Assembly (NCBI RefSeq): GCF_036321535.1
Contig: NC_087436.1
Span: 58,592,001 to 58,656,000 of the forward strand
Length of the DNA: 64,000 nt
Direction: 5' to 3'
Source: Camelus dromedarius
Taxonomy: Eukaryota
This document shows, piece after piece, positions 13,187-25,740 of the stretch. The position numbers were made by a program, and so were the translations under genes. The notes under the pieces are model-generated. The model did not search any database. It saw nothing but the letters and a program-made list of their open reading frames with translations, and had not been told where the DNA came from. The first letter of the stretch is position 1. Each line of letters starts with the position of its first letter.

Positions 13187-14106
13187 TCTCATGAAGACAT
13201 ACAAATGATCAAAAGGCACATGAAAAAATGCTCAATATCACCAATTATCAGAGAAATGCAAATCAAAACTACAATGAGGTATCACCTCACACCAGTCAGA
13301 ATGGCCGTCATTCAAAAATCCACAAATGACAAGTGCTGGAGAGGCTGTGGAGAAAGGGGAACCCTCCTACACTGCTGGTGGGAATGCAGTTTGGTGCAGC
13401 CACTATGGAAAACAGTGTGGAGATTCCTCAAAAGACTAGGAATAGACTTAACATACGACCCAGGAATCCCACTTTGGGCTTGTATCCAGAAGGAACCCTA
13501 CTTCAGGATGACACCTGCACCCCAATATTCATAGCAGCACTATTTACAATAGCCAAAACATGGAAACAGCCTAAATGTCCATCAACAGGTGACTGGATAA
13601 AGAAGATGTGGTATATTTATACAATGGAATACTACTCAGCCATAAAAACTGACAACATAATGCCATTTGCAGCAACATGGATGCTCCTGGAGAATGTCAT
13701 TCTAAGTGAAGTAAGCCAGAAAGAGAAAGAAAAATACCATATGAGATCACTCATATGTGGAATCTAAACAAACAAAAACAAAAACAAACAAACAAACAAA
13801 AACAAAGCGTTAATACAGGACAGAAATAGACTCACAGACAGAGAATACAGACTTGTGGTTGCCAGGGGGGAGGAGGGTGGGAAAGGATAGACTGGGATTT
13901 CAAAACTGTAGAATAGATAAACAAGATTATACTGTACAGCACAGGGAAACAGACACAAAATGTTATGGTAGCTCACAGAGAAAAAAATGTGACAATGAGT
14001 GTGTATATGTCCATGTATGACTGAAAAATTGTGCTGAACACTGGAATTTGACACAACATTGTAAAATGATTATAATCAATAAAAAATGTTAAAAAAAAAA
14101 AAAAAA
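13187..14106 (+). mobile_element. Young 5'-truncated L1: ORF2 C-terminus, 3' UTR and poly(A)
   Basis: ORFs 13205-13534 and 13333-13767 together encode the L1 ORF2p C-terminus (HMKKCS...[19 protein letters not shown]...CWWEC...MWYIYTMEYYSAIK...ILSEVSQ), split by one frameshift near 13470. AATAAA near 14078 and an A-tail at 14091-14106. Confidence 0.97.
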
Positions 14107-14916
14107 GAAGTGTCATACAAGTGAAAAGAACCAAACTTTGTTTAAGCAGAGTCCAAGCAGGAAGTAACTCTCCCAAGGAAGTGAAAATCCTTTTGTCATA
14201 CAGCAGTAGGCAAGAGGCAACTGATTGTGCCAAGGAGAACTTGGACTCCAAGGAAAACACTGACTGACAGTGACTGCATCTGCAGATGCACAAAAGAGAG
14301 CTGCCACCTCATGCAGTTTTGTTATTGGTATTTTCGCAAGTGAAGCAGGCTGACAACTATTAGAATCATTTACTAATGAGGATCAGAGCCACCTGTAGAA
14401 ATCAACTGACGAGAGACTTCTACCAAAAGGCTAAGCTTTGAGCAAATGCACAAGTTGGTTTTTACTAATAACAGGTAGCAGTAAGTTGCCTTATTAAGGG
14501 ACAAAAAAACAGGACAAGTTCAGCATGTAACTCAGAGAGGTGAATGTAGATAAATGAAAACTATCCCCTTAGTCATGATTTAAGGTTATTAAGTTCCTTA
14601 GAATAAAGAAAATCTTAAAAGGATGCAAGGAATCTCTTTTAGCTTCTTATAATACATTGTCTTGCCACAGGGTTAAAGGTTCAATGGATTTTTCAGTTAA
14701 CCTTTAATCTTCATAAAATTCAGAACTAACAGCCCAGTAGGTAATATTATACATTGCTACAAGACTATATGGTTTCTACATGTATATTACTGGTAAGTTT
14801 CTGAATATTAGTACACTAAGGGTAAGTGTCTGAATTCTGTACCATACTAGTTATAACCACTAGTGATGGAATACAGAATTCAGACACTAGTGTTATTCAT
14901 CTGATTTTACTCATTA

Positions 14917-14925
<9 letters not shown>

Positions 14926-14948
<23 letters not shown>
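14926..14948. repeat. (TA)n microsatellite
   Basis: Direct reading. Confidence 0.9.
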
Positions 14949-14968
14949 GACAGACAAAGCCAATAATA

Positions 14969-15125
14969 CTTTTTAAAGTTGAAATATAATTGACACATAA
15001 TATTGTATTATTTGAGGTATACAACAAAATGATTTGATATATATAGTTAAATAATGATCACAATAAATTTAATTAACTTTCATCAACCATACTTAATTTG
15101 TTTTTTCTTGTGATGAGAATTTTTT
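14969..15125 (-). mobile_element. Older L1 (L1MA-like) 3' end, left part; continues at about 16011-16035
   Basis: ttttaaagttgaaatataattgacacataatattgtatta...ttcttgtgatgagaat, resumed after the younger L1 by ttttaagatctactcacttagcaac. Confidence 0.7.
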
Positions 15126-15189
15126 GGGGTGGGGAGATTAAATGTATTTTAGACATATTTCATATAAGATCATGTTGGCACATTTATTT

Positions 15190-16010
15190 ATGTTATCTTT
15201 TATTGAAGTACAGTCAGTTACAATGTGTCAATTTCTGGTGTACAGCATAATGTCCCAGGCATGCATATATATACATATATTTGTTTTCATATTCTTTTTC
15301 ATTAAAGGTTATTATAAGGTATTGAATATAGTTCCCTGTGCTATACAGAAGAAATTTGTTTTTTATTCATTTTTATATATAGTGGTTAACATCTGCAAAT
15401 CTCAAACACTCAAATGTATCCTTTCCCGACCCCCTTTACCATCATAACCATAAGATTGTTTACTATGTCTGCAGGTCTATTTCTGTTTGTAGATGAGTCC
15501 ATTAGTGTTCTCTTTTTCCTTTTTTTTTTTTTTTTGGATTCCACATGAGTGATATCATATGGTATTTTTCTTTTTCTTTCTGGCTTTCTTCACTTAGACT
15601 GACAGTCTCTAGGTCCCTTCATGTTGCTGCAACTGGCATTATTTTATCCTTTTTATGGCTGAGTAGTATTCCACTGTATAAATATACCACAGCTTCTTTA
15701 TCCAGTCATTTGTTGATGGATATTTAGGTTGCTTCATGTCTTAGCTATTGTAAATAGTGCTGCTATGAACATTGGGACGCATGTGTCTTTTTGAATTAAG
15801 GTTCCCTCTGGATATATGTCCAGGAGTGGGCTTGCTGGATCATAAGTTTATTTTCAGTCTTTAGAGGAATCTCCATGCTGTTTTCATAATGGCTGCACCA
15901 AACTACATTCCCACCAACAGTGAGGGTTCCCTTTTCTCCACACCATCTCCAGGATTTATTGTTTGTGGACTTTTTTATGATGGCCATTCTTTTTTTTAAT
16001 GATAGCCATT
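15190..16010 (-). mobile_element. 5'-truncated lineage-specific L1 (ORF2 end and 3' UTR)
   Basis: Minus ORF 15796-15987 [22 protein letters not shown] is ORF2p. The 3' terminus reads ttattgaagtacagtcagttacaatgtgtcaatttctggtgtacagc on the + strand. Confidence 0.95.
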
Positions 16011-17971
16011 CTTTTAAGATCTACTCACTTAGCAACCAAATGAATGATATTTAATTAAATAGAATAAAAATCACTGTTCCTTTTTGTGTGTTTTTGGAGA
16101 AACATGCTTTGTGCTCCCTGAATCTCTTCTTCAGAATTACTCAACTTATATTACATATTCTTGTTTCTAACACATGACAATCAACAATTTAATAAACTAC
16201 ATCCTTATAACAATAATGTATCTATATTCATTTTGTATTTTTTGCTTAAGAAAATCAATTGTGTATTCATCAGACATTTTTCTAAGGTCAATGTGCAATG
16301 TCCTGATACTTTGGATTGCAAAAAAAAAAAAAAAATAACAGCCCATTTCACAATGGACACTACATTGGAAAGATAAGAGGACAGCAAAGAAAACATTTAT
16401 TAATTTTTTTATATCCCTAACCTCTCCAAAGTAATTGAATAAGTGGTACAATATGATTCTTCCTCACTGTGTCTTATGGCAAACAGTTAATGCAAAAATA
16501 AATGGAGACATTTCAGGCATGGCGTGGCATTAATCAGTTCTTTTGTTTTTCTCTTTATACAGTGAAGATTTATAGTAGTTGAACCTTACTTTTGTAGAAG
16601 ACATCACAATTTTCAAAACTTTACACACTAATACAAGTTCATGAATAGATGCCTACTATTACAAGTTGGTTAGTTTCATGAAATTCTGTGGTTTCATGAA
16701 CATAAGTCTTTGTCCCTCTTGTAAATTTTAAACATCAAAACTCAGGCATAAAACCAAATGTTATCAAACTTAAGCTCCAGGAAAAGAGAAATAATTCTTT
16801 TCTGAATTTGTTTTATAAATACTATAGCAGTACAGATTATGGAAAAATGCAAATTTCAAACTATGTAAGAAAAATAAATAAGAAAAGCTGCCATTTTCAA
16901 GGAAAGGGCTGACATGGAACATAGATACAAATGACTTTGCCTGGAAAACTTTAACAAATCACAGATATTAAGGACAGGCAAAAAGTAGTCCAGCCTTTTA
17001 ATAAAATATCAGCATTGATTCAGCAATGTCTTTTCCCTTGCAATAACTCTCTGGTGCAGACTCTACAATCTTCATCCACTTCTATGTCATTCTATTCATT
17101 CAAAAACAGGCATTGTTGATCACTGTCTTTCTGGAGAATATATTTGTCAGTTGCAACTTTTGGCCCAAAGTCTTGTGAATGAATTAATAATTTTCTCATT
17201 TTAATCACTTCTTAGAATTTAGGTCCTTCCAGTAATTTTAAATAGATTCAGGATTGTTTGAATGGTATGAATGATTAGAAAAAAATATCATTCATGAAAT
17301 TCCATCTCTCTTTTTCACTCTTGTACTTTCAGCATTTAACAAAATACCTGATATACATTAAGAGTTCAAAATATACTTGAATAATTCCCTTTCTGGTACA
17401 CAGTACCACAGATTCAGTTACAACGTTAAAGGAAAAAATATGTCCTCGGGTACATCCTCCTGATATGCAATTTGAAGCTCTAAGGATGCACTCTACGTTG
17501 TTCTGGCTTCCCTATTCTTTGGATCAGAAATTGCTTCCCTCCTGTACAACCTTCTTGCTCAGCCATTCATTCTCTTCTAAGGTGGCTATTTATTTTATGT
17601 AAACCTTCCTCAGATGTGGGATAGTTTCCATTGTATCTATCTCTTCCTATTTGAAATCATATTTCTGAACTCACTGCATGATTCATGCCAGACTTTATAT
17701 TTATTGCGATTCAGAATTTGGCCTATTTCCTCCTCTTGACTCTACTCCCTTCAAGTGTAGCTAGTATATTGCTGAACAACTTGTTCAACAACTCCAAGGT
17801 AAGATTTGCTCTGTTCTCAACCCATGGTCTCTGTCTTTATGGAGTTTACAATCCAGTGATGAGGACAGATATTAACAAAATGTTGAAGTGAGCGATACAT
17901 AATTGGAAAATAATCATATTACACGTGAAATCATTTTGCCATGAAATATACAGTTAACAGTATATGCTACT

Positions 17972-19390
17972 ATACATAAGAAAGAGAAAGCAGCCCCTGA
18001 CAGCAGGCCGTTGACCTTGTACCATCAGGTAAGCCCTGATGTTGCTAGAAGTTGGTCTGACACACTCAGCTGGCCCATGACATCTACTTATTGAATATAA
18101 ACAACTTCACAGAACATCAACATCAGACAAGGATACCCTTTGTCTGTGATGGATCAAAACAAAATAAGACCACTTTGTAAAAATGAGCAGAGACAAAAAC
18201 AAAAACATTGTCTAAACTACAAAAATCACCATTCGTCTCCTATCTCAGCTATTAGGAGTGGTGATTCTTTAATAAGAATTACTAAACTGTTTTGGCTATT
18301 GTAAATAGTGCCGCTATGAACATTGGGATGCATGTATCTTTTTGAATTAAGGTTCCCTCTGGATATATGCCCAACAGTGGGATTGCTGAATCATATGGTA
18401 AGTCTATTTTTAGTCTTTTGAGGAATCTCCATACTGTTTTCCATAACAGTTGCACCAAACTACATTGCCACAAACAGTATAGGAGGGTTCCCTTTTCTCC
18501 ACAGCCTCTCCAGCATTTATCATTTGTGGACTTTTGAATGATGGCCATTCTGACTGGTGTGAGGTGATACCTCATCATAGTTTTGATTTGCATTTCTGTG
18601 GTAATTAGCAATACGGAGCATTTTTTCATGTGCCTATTGGCCATTTGTATGTCTTCATTGGAGAACTGGCTTCTTTAGGTCTTCTGCCCATTTTGGGGTT
18701 CAGTTGTTTGTCTTTTCCTTATTGAATTCTATGAGCTGTTTATATATTCTGGAAATTAAACCTTTCTCAGTCATGTCATTTGCGAATATTTTCTCCCATT
18801 CCGTAGGTTGTCGTTTTGTTTTGCTTATGGTTTCCTTTGCTGTGCAAAAGCTTATAAGCTTTATTAAGTCCCATTTGTTTATTTTTGCTTTTATTTCTAT
18901 TGCATGGTAGACTGCCCTAGGAGTACATTGCGAAGATTTATGTCAGATAATGTTTTGCCTATGTTTTCTTCTAAGAAGTTTATAGTGTCTTGTCTTATGT
19001 TCAAGTCTTTAAGCCATTTTGAGTTTATTTTTGTGTATGGTGTGAGGGAGAGTTCTAATTTCCTTATGCTGTACACCAGAAATTGACACAACATTGTAAA
19101 CTGACTATACTTCAATAAATACATATATATACAAAAAAAAAAAGTATTACTAAATCCAACTGCAGAACTACCTGACAGCACCTAATACAAAGACCTGCTG
19201 TTTGAACCTGCTCCCAAATTACCTCACACACATCCATATCACATAATATATCCTTTCTAACACCCCTTCTTGAAGATGCCTTATGAGTCCTCATTTTGTG
19301 TAGTCTCCCTTATTGCAATGTGCCAATAAATCCAACTTGTTTGAATAAAGGGATGTTTCCAATAGTCTTTAGCAGGAGGACACTGATACA
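17972..19390 (+). mobile_element. ERV-type solo LTR split by an L1 (parts about 17972-18286 and 19155-19390)
   Basis: LTR-like acagaacatcaacatcagacaagg...gatggatcaaaacaaaataagaccact on the left; AATAAA (19325) and a ...ca end on the right. The L1 TSD shows the two halves were once contiguous. Family not determined. Confidence 0.6.
18287..19141. mobile_element. 5'-inverted L1 insertion (minus-strand ORF2 piece 18287 to about 19060; plus-strand 3' tail about 19062-19141)
   Basis: Minus ORFs 18282-18644 and 18897-19181 encode ORF2p, followed by the + strand tail tatgctgtacaccagaaattgacacaac...aataaa...A-run. TSD aagaattactaaa (18274-18286) / aagtattactaaa (19142-19154). Confidence 0.92.
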
Positions 19391-21009
19391 TTTTAATATT
19401 TTTCATTGAGAAGAGTAATTATTTGAATAAAATATTCTTGTTTATGAACTGAAGTTTTCTACAGTATCAATTATATATTATATATCAGAGTCTACTAATC
19501 AATCTCTCTATCCATAAATTTTTCTGCTTTCCTTGTATACACAACTAACGTGACTATTATATAAAAATAGAAATGTTACTTTTATGTACATTTGTTGAGT
19601 GACTCAATATAATAAACATAATACTTATTTTCAAAGGCTGGTCATTGCTCCATAAATATATTTTCATATTCAATATCTAAAGAGTACCCAGGAACAAATG
19701 TTTGACACTATTATTTTTTATCAAGACTTTTTAATTAGTAAATATTTTATATGAGAAATGATTTTCTTTAAATTATTTAGAAGGAGGGAACAAAATGTAT
19801 TCCCTGCCTCTTATTGTCAAAATATTTCCCTCTCTTGTGACAAAAAATGACTGAACTACATTCCCCAAGGTCCTTCAACTCTACATGGTTCTGTGTAAGA
19901 ATCCACAAGCTTCCAGGATCCTAAACATACCCCAACATTTGAAAATGTATTCAACATCTGTCAGACCATAATAAATTTTTGCAACATATTAACTAAATAG
20001 ATACAGAACTTTATTAGTAGTGAAATGCAAAGATACTTCCAAATATGACTCCACAGCTGAGGCATGTTACAGATACATGGCTCAGTCTGCATTGTTTAAA
20101 GCAATTAAGTCAGTCTTATAAACAAGCAGCTGTCTTTTTTCCCTGAGTATCTGATGAAAAATATTTGAAAAATTATAAAAATTTAAAGAGTAGGTGACAT
20201 GTACTAGTTTTGTTATAATATTTAACAACTGGGTTGATTTTGATCTGAGATAAGTCACCTTTCTATGTCTTTTCCACAGCTAAAGACTAACTCCTTGAAA
20301 TAAGGCCATTACTCAACCATTAGGGGAATCTCTGTGAAGAGAATTCATTCTTTACAATAATGGAAAATCTATTTTTAGTTCTTTGAATCAAGAGAGGTAA
20401 ATTATCAACAAGAGGACATACTTTTATTACCATTTACTATATTTTTACATAGTATAACGCTAGTTCATTATTTCAGTTAGTAAAAGTTGGTAAAAATGCT
20501 AGTAATTTGGTCAAAAATTCAGGACAATTATATAAGGCATGTATAATCAGTAGAAGTAAAACAAGGGGATTGACCAGGTCCTTAAACAGTCTTTTGAAAC
20601 TCTGTTACCTAATCATCTTTTTTATTTTTATTTATTTTTTTTTTACAGCTTACCCATTCAATTGACACAGGCTTTTAAAGCTACCATATGTTTGTAAGTG
20701 CTTGTTCTACTGAATAAGCAAAAGTTTAGGAATTGTTCACACTCTACATGTCTTTATTAGAGTTCTTGATTTTTTTCCTTCAGGTCACATTTAACACCCT
20801 TTACTTTTCTAGCTCATTCTGTGTTTAAAAAAAATGACACTAGAATCATTAAACTGTGGATTTTAAGTAGGATGAAACCTCAGAAGTCATCTAATACAAC
20901 CTCCAACCAAATATAATAATATCTTATATAATGCCTTTTCACATATTTATAATCAGATTATAAACTCTTCATATGAGTTTAGGTTTCCCACAAACCAAAG
21001 AACTTAAAA

Positions 21010-21770
21010 AAATTAATCCATGGTGAACAGAAAATCCAAGCTTCAGACAAGTAACACAACTCACTCATGTAGCAGTAATGATGGGATTAGAAAATCACCA
21101 TTTGCCAACCATCTTAACATTAACTCATTCAGGCAAAAATCATCAGTGGAAGCAAAACCTAACGGATGGAAGCCTGACTAGCAATAGGATTAAGTGCCAA
21201 AAATGAATAACCTAATCTAATCATAAGTAAATATCAGACAAACTCAAACTGAGGGATATTCTACAAAGTTACTGGCAAAACGCTGCAATGTGATGAGACA
21301 CAAGAAAAGATTCAAGAATGGCTCCAGCTTAAAGGAGTAAAGAGATATGAAAAGTGAATGCAACACAAGATTTTGGATTTCATTTGGCTGTAAAAGACAC
21401 TGGTACAACTGACAAAAATCTAAATGAAGTGTGTAAACTAAAGAATGCTATTTCTTCAATGTTAACTTCATGATTTTGCTAATTACATGGTGATTATTAA
21501 CATAACAGAACTATACACTTAAGTATTCAGCAGGAAAAGTGACATGTCTACAACCCACCTTTAACCAGTTCTAAAAACTATCTATCTAAGTACACATAAC
21601 ATATAAATACACACACACATACATAAGCAGAGATAGAGAGAAATATAAAGTAAATGTAGTAAATGCTAACATTTGGGAAATATACGTGAAGAGTGGTTTC
21701 CAGGATTTTTTGGTCTACTCTTGCAACTTTTTTCTAAGACTCAAATTATGCCAAAAAAAAAAAAAAAAAA
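21010..21770 (+). mobile_element. Ancient L1 (L1MC/L1ME-like) 3' UTR
   Basis: atgatgggattagaaaatcaccatttgccaaccatc, atcagacaaactcaaactgagggatattctacaa, ...ctcttgcaactttt are typical old-L1 3' UTR motifs; ends in an A-run. Confidence 0.75.
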
Positions 21771-22224
21771 TCAGTGAACTAACAAATCTTCAAGTAATAT
21801 ATTTTATTTTTAGTAAACATCTTTAAAAGTTGTTTTTTTCTCAAATCTGTCACCTTGGGAAGTATATAAATTCCTCACACTTTAATTAATTACAAAATGA
21901 GCTTTCCCTCCTCCCTTGAAACTCTTTTCAGATGCTGCAGTACATTATGAATGTGTCCTCAGTGGTGAAATGTGTTCATCATTCAAAAATGTATTTTATT
22001 TTTAGAACCAAGTAGAAGTCATCCAACCATTGAATTAGTAATCTGGGGAATATCATTTTTGGAACATGAAACAAATATAATTATAGTAATCAAGCTGGAT
22101 GTCTAGATTTCTTATGCAGATTATAAACTAAGTTTTAATGTAATTCCAAATAATAAAGTTAAAACATTTTGGAACAATAGTAACATTTTCAGGTGATTTC
22201 AGGTGATTCCCAAGGTGACAGATA

Positions 22225-22800
22225 AAAATACTAGTTAACATTTTTTGAGTACCTAATATACCTCAGGTACTGTACTAAACCCTTTAGAGGAATTATCTCA
22301 CCTATTTTTAACACCTTTATTGTGATATGGTTCCTGTACAGTAAACTACACATATTTCAGATGTACAATTTGATGAATTTTGATAGATGTATACACCCAT
22401 GAAACCACCACCACAATCAAGACTGAACATTTCAATCACTCCCCAAGAGGTGCAATTTTCAAATTCCCAAATTATCCCTTCCCACCTCCTTTAAGCCCTA
22501 GTAACCATAAGTTTGTTCTCTATGTCTGTAAGTCTGTTTCTGCTTTGTAGTAAGCTCATTTGTGTCCCTTATTTTTAGATTCCTCATATAAGTGGAATAT
22601 GCCATATGCCATTTTTCTTTCTCTTTCTGGTTTACTTCACTTAGAATGACAATCTCCAGGTTCATCCATGTTGCTGCAAATGGCATTATTTTATTCTTTT
22701 TTATGGCTGAGTTTTCTCATGGTAACTCTTTTAGATGTCAACTATTATTATATCTGTTTTACAGAGTAGAAATCTGAGGCTTACATGAAGTTTTAGTTTG
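22225..22800 (-). mobile_element. MIR split by L1 fragments (MIR parts about 22225-22305 and 22712-22800)
   Basis: acattttttgagtacctaatata...caggtactgtactaaaccctt and attatatctgttttacagagtagaaatctgaggctta are consecutive antisense MIR segments. Confidence 0.7.
22305..22710 (-). mobile_element. Composite L1: old L1MB-like 3' end (22305-22450) joined to a younger L1 ORF2-end/3' UTR piece (22451-22710)
   Basis: Minus ORF 22498-22686 MPFAATWMNLEIVILSEVNQKEKEK; the left part tacacccatgaaaccaccaccacaatcaaga is an older L1 3' terminus. Confidence 0.8.
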
Positions 22801-23717
22801 CCAAATAGTTTCCATCCGGTAGCGAAACTTGTAAAATATAATGCCAAATTAGAGATTTTTACCCACTCTACCATTCTATCTGCTCCTGAGGTGGAAGATA
22901 AGGTAGGTTACATAAAACAGTAGAAAGTATGGAGGACTTAAATGTGGAAGATTGGGGTTTTGCTGGCTATTTGACTATTGGGACATAAATTTAAGGTTTC
23001 AGAGCCTGTTTTTCTTGTAATCTCAGCTAAAAATAATTTCTACCCTTTCCTCACTTGCCATAACCTTCATTTTTCATTTAATTCTACTACTTGTAGAAGT
23101 CTAAATAGTCCACATAAATAAATGGGGGGGGGGATAATCTATATTACATCAAAAAAAAAAAAAAACCCACTTGCTACATTTGTGCTTAATAAGGCAACTA
23201 CCTTTTTTTTTTTTAAGTTTTCAGTAGTTCAATCAACATGATTTTTTCTCCTTCCCTGGATGAGAAGCATAATACGTCACTCATGTCTAAGTAAAGTGGT
23301 GATATTATTGGTGGAAGGACTAGCAAAATCCTATCTGCAAGGTAATGTTGCCAATCTCTTTATAGAACAGCCCCATATTTCCTACTAATCCACTATCTAA
23401 CTCTGGCCAACTTGGCCCATTTTAGGGATGACTATATTTGGCTTTATTGCATCTATACTTTTTAATCATAAGCTAGGCAGATCTTCAAATCTTCTTTTAG
23501 AGTTATACTGGATATAAATAATATCAAGTATAAACACTATTTGAATTTAAATAATTATTCCTACTGAAATCATTTGTAGTGAAACACAAGTGATGTACAG
23601 TGGGAAACAGTATCTTGATTACAAAGTAAAAATTAGTTACATATAATTCTAGATAGAAATTAATAAAAATTAAAATGTGTGAATAAAGGAGTTCAAAAAA
23701 AATTTTTTTAAATAGCA

Positions 23718-23762
23718 TGATGCTGCTGGTCCGCTGGCCACACCTTAAGTAGTAAGATTTTA
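23718..23762. mobile_element. MER5-like hAT-Charlie terminal fragment
   Basis: gatgctgctggtccgctggccacaccttaagtagtaag resembles the MER5A end. Confidence 0.5.
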
Positions 23763-23879
23763 GAAATAATTCCCTCTCAGGTACATTCAATTAACAAGGT
23801 AAAAACATGAAAACTAAGAATAATCATGGTTCTACATTTTCTCTTCTTTCTTCTCTCTTTTAATGAAGGGAATGTAAGA

Positions 23880-24010
23880 GGTACTGTGTTAGAATTGAGC
23901 AAAAGCTCTGGAATCAGACAGAATGATTTGAATACTGACTGAAACTTTCATCTACTAAAACTTAAAATATTTACTACACAAAGCTGTGATGAGAATTAAA
24001 TAAAAATAAT
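23880..24010 (+). mobile_element. MIR fragment
   Basis: gctctggaatcagacagaatgatttgaatact...gctgtgatgagaattaaataa. Confidence 0.55.
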
Positions 24011-25544
24011 TAATACAATGCCATAATAGCATTCACAAAATATTAATGTGATGAGTCTGACTCTCTTCTTGGTAATTAACTCACATTGTTTTCCTAGATA
24101 AGTGCTAAATGGTTTTTTTTTCAGTCTTTTTTGATTTGCATGTAAATTTCTTAGGTCTCAAAACATTTATCCTCTTTACTTCTCAAAACTCTAGATGAAA
24201 AGTTTTAAAGTATGTACAATATCATTGAACAACAAAAGTTTAAAATATTAGTTTTGAATATAAATTTAAATAGAAAATTGTTGTTTATGTACATATACCA
24301 GAATCCATACATTCAACTAACAATTGGAAAATACATACTACAGGGATGCCATAGTGTCTCAAAATACATTTAGAAGTGTGGAATAAACAAGCCTATTTTT
24401 GGAATAAACCAAGCCTATTTACAAGGCACAATTATTTTTTGGTTCCATTATTTTGTGATCTTGCTTTGTTTCTGTCCAGAAATCATATTTTCTACTTTGA
24501 TCACCCACTTTATTCACTGAAATTGGCACACTGTAACTTCTTCTAAAGGCAAAAACAGAACCGATTCTTTAAATTTGAAGATTTACCACTATTGAGAATT
24601 ATTCAATGTACATCGCACAGAATGCAAAGATGTCGCTTACGAAGGAGCCCCAAACAGTGTAAGCAATGGCAGTATTACTGTATTTTTTGGCTCCTATGAT
24701 AACTACTGCCAAGGGGACATCACTCATGCCAATAAACCAGTTTGAGTATGTTGTTCAATCAATCCTATTTTCTAAGTGTCACACCTCATATGTTTTCATG
24801 TGGATTTTAATGAGAAACGGGAAGACTTGGATTTTTTTTCTACCCATCCTATTTCCAGCACACTCTGCACCAATAACATAATTCTACAGCATGTGCTAGC
24901 ATTTTAACCCCTGCCACACCCCTACTTAACTGCACTGATGTTCCTAAAATGGAAAGAGAAAGTTGAATTAAAAGGCAGATGCTCACTATACCACATCATT
25001 GTTGCAAATTCACTGGAACATATGGGAGCCAGAAACCCAGATCACAAGGATCATGAATTCTGGAGCTCTTTCCACTAAAACCAGGACACTGGCAACAAAA
25101 AAGTTTGGAGACCTGAAAAAATTTACAAGCGATTGGCAAACTTCTTTATATTCTCTTGCTCTTCCAAATGCTTTTCCAACCTTCCCCGATCACACCTGCT
25201 TCCTCTGGGATTGACCAGGGAGAGTTAGCTACAGCAACTGTTTTCTAGAAAATGACCATGCCAGATGGCACCTTCAGAGTATGAACACCTGAATCCTAAA
25301 AACATGTAATACAAGGTGGTAAAATCATCTCTGAAAATATTTTACTGCTCCATTTATTTTCAGGTTGTCCAGAATTTTTCTCTGAATTTACAATGTACAT
25401 TATCATACACTGATATTTCCCTCATGGAGTTACTCAATTGCATTATTTTTATTTTTTAAGAATTGTTTTCTTCTTTTAGAGTTTAGCAAATATATGTAAA
25501 ATGACTTCTTTGTGAAGGTAGGATAACATATTTATTTATAGTTA

Positions 25545-25740
25545 TAGCTCTATAGTCAGGCTTTTTGAGATAAATTTATCCTTAGGAAAGTCATTTGATC
25601 CCACTAAGCATTGCTTTATTTAACTACGAGTAGAAATAATAATAGTATCTAACCGCAAAGAGTAATAGTCGGAGTTAAGGACATAAAAATGTCTATCTAT
25701 ACCTTAGCATAATTCTTAGTACATAGCAAATAATAAATAA
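25545..25740 (+). mobile_element. MIR fragment
   Basis: ccttaggaaagtcatttgatc...aataataatagtatctaacc...cttagcataattcttagtacatagcaaa. Confidence 0.55.

Noticed and set aside
13205..13767. Longest ORFs (109 and 144 aa) as a host gene
   Set aside because: They are the frameshifted C-terminus of L1 ORF2p in a 5'-truncated copy.
14275..14290. 16-bp perfect palindrome tgcatctgcagatgca
   Set aside because: About one such palindrome is expected by chance in 64 kb; no extended hairpin.
24379..24420. About 21-bp tandem duplicate (ggaataaacaagcctattt), and similar imperfect pairs at about 14790-14845 and 52660-52730, considered as an array
   Set aside because: Only two copies each with no spacers; ordinary slippage duplications, not CRISPR-like.
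24590..24750. Minus-strand hydrophobic frame (WFIGMSDVPLAVVIIGAKKYSNTAIAYTVWGSF) with a gtaagc donor
   Set aside because: Weak donor context (TTC|gtaagc), weak acceptor and no recognised protein.
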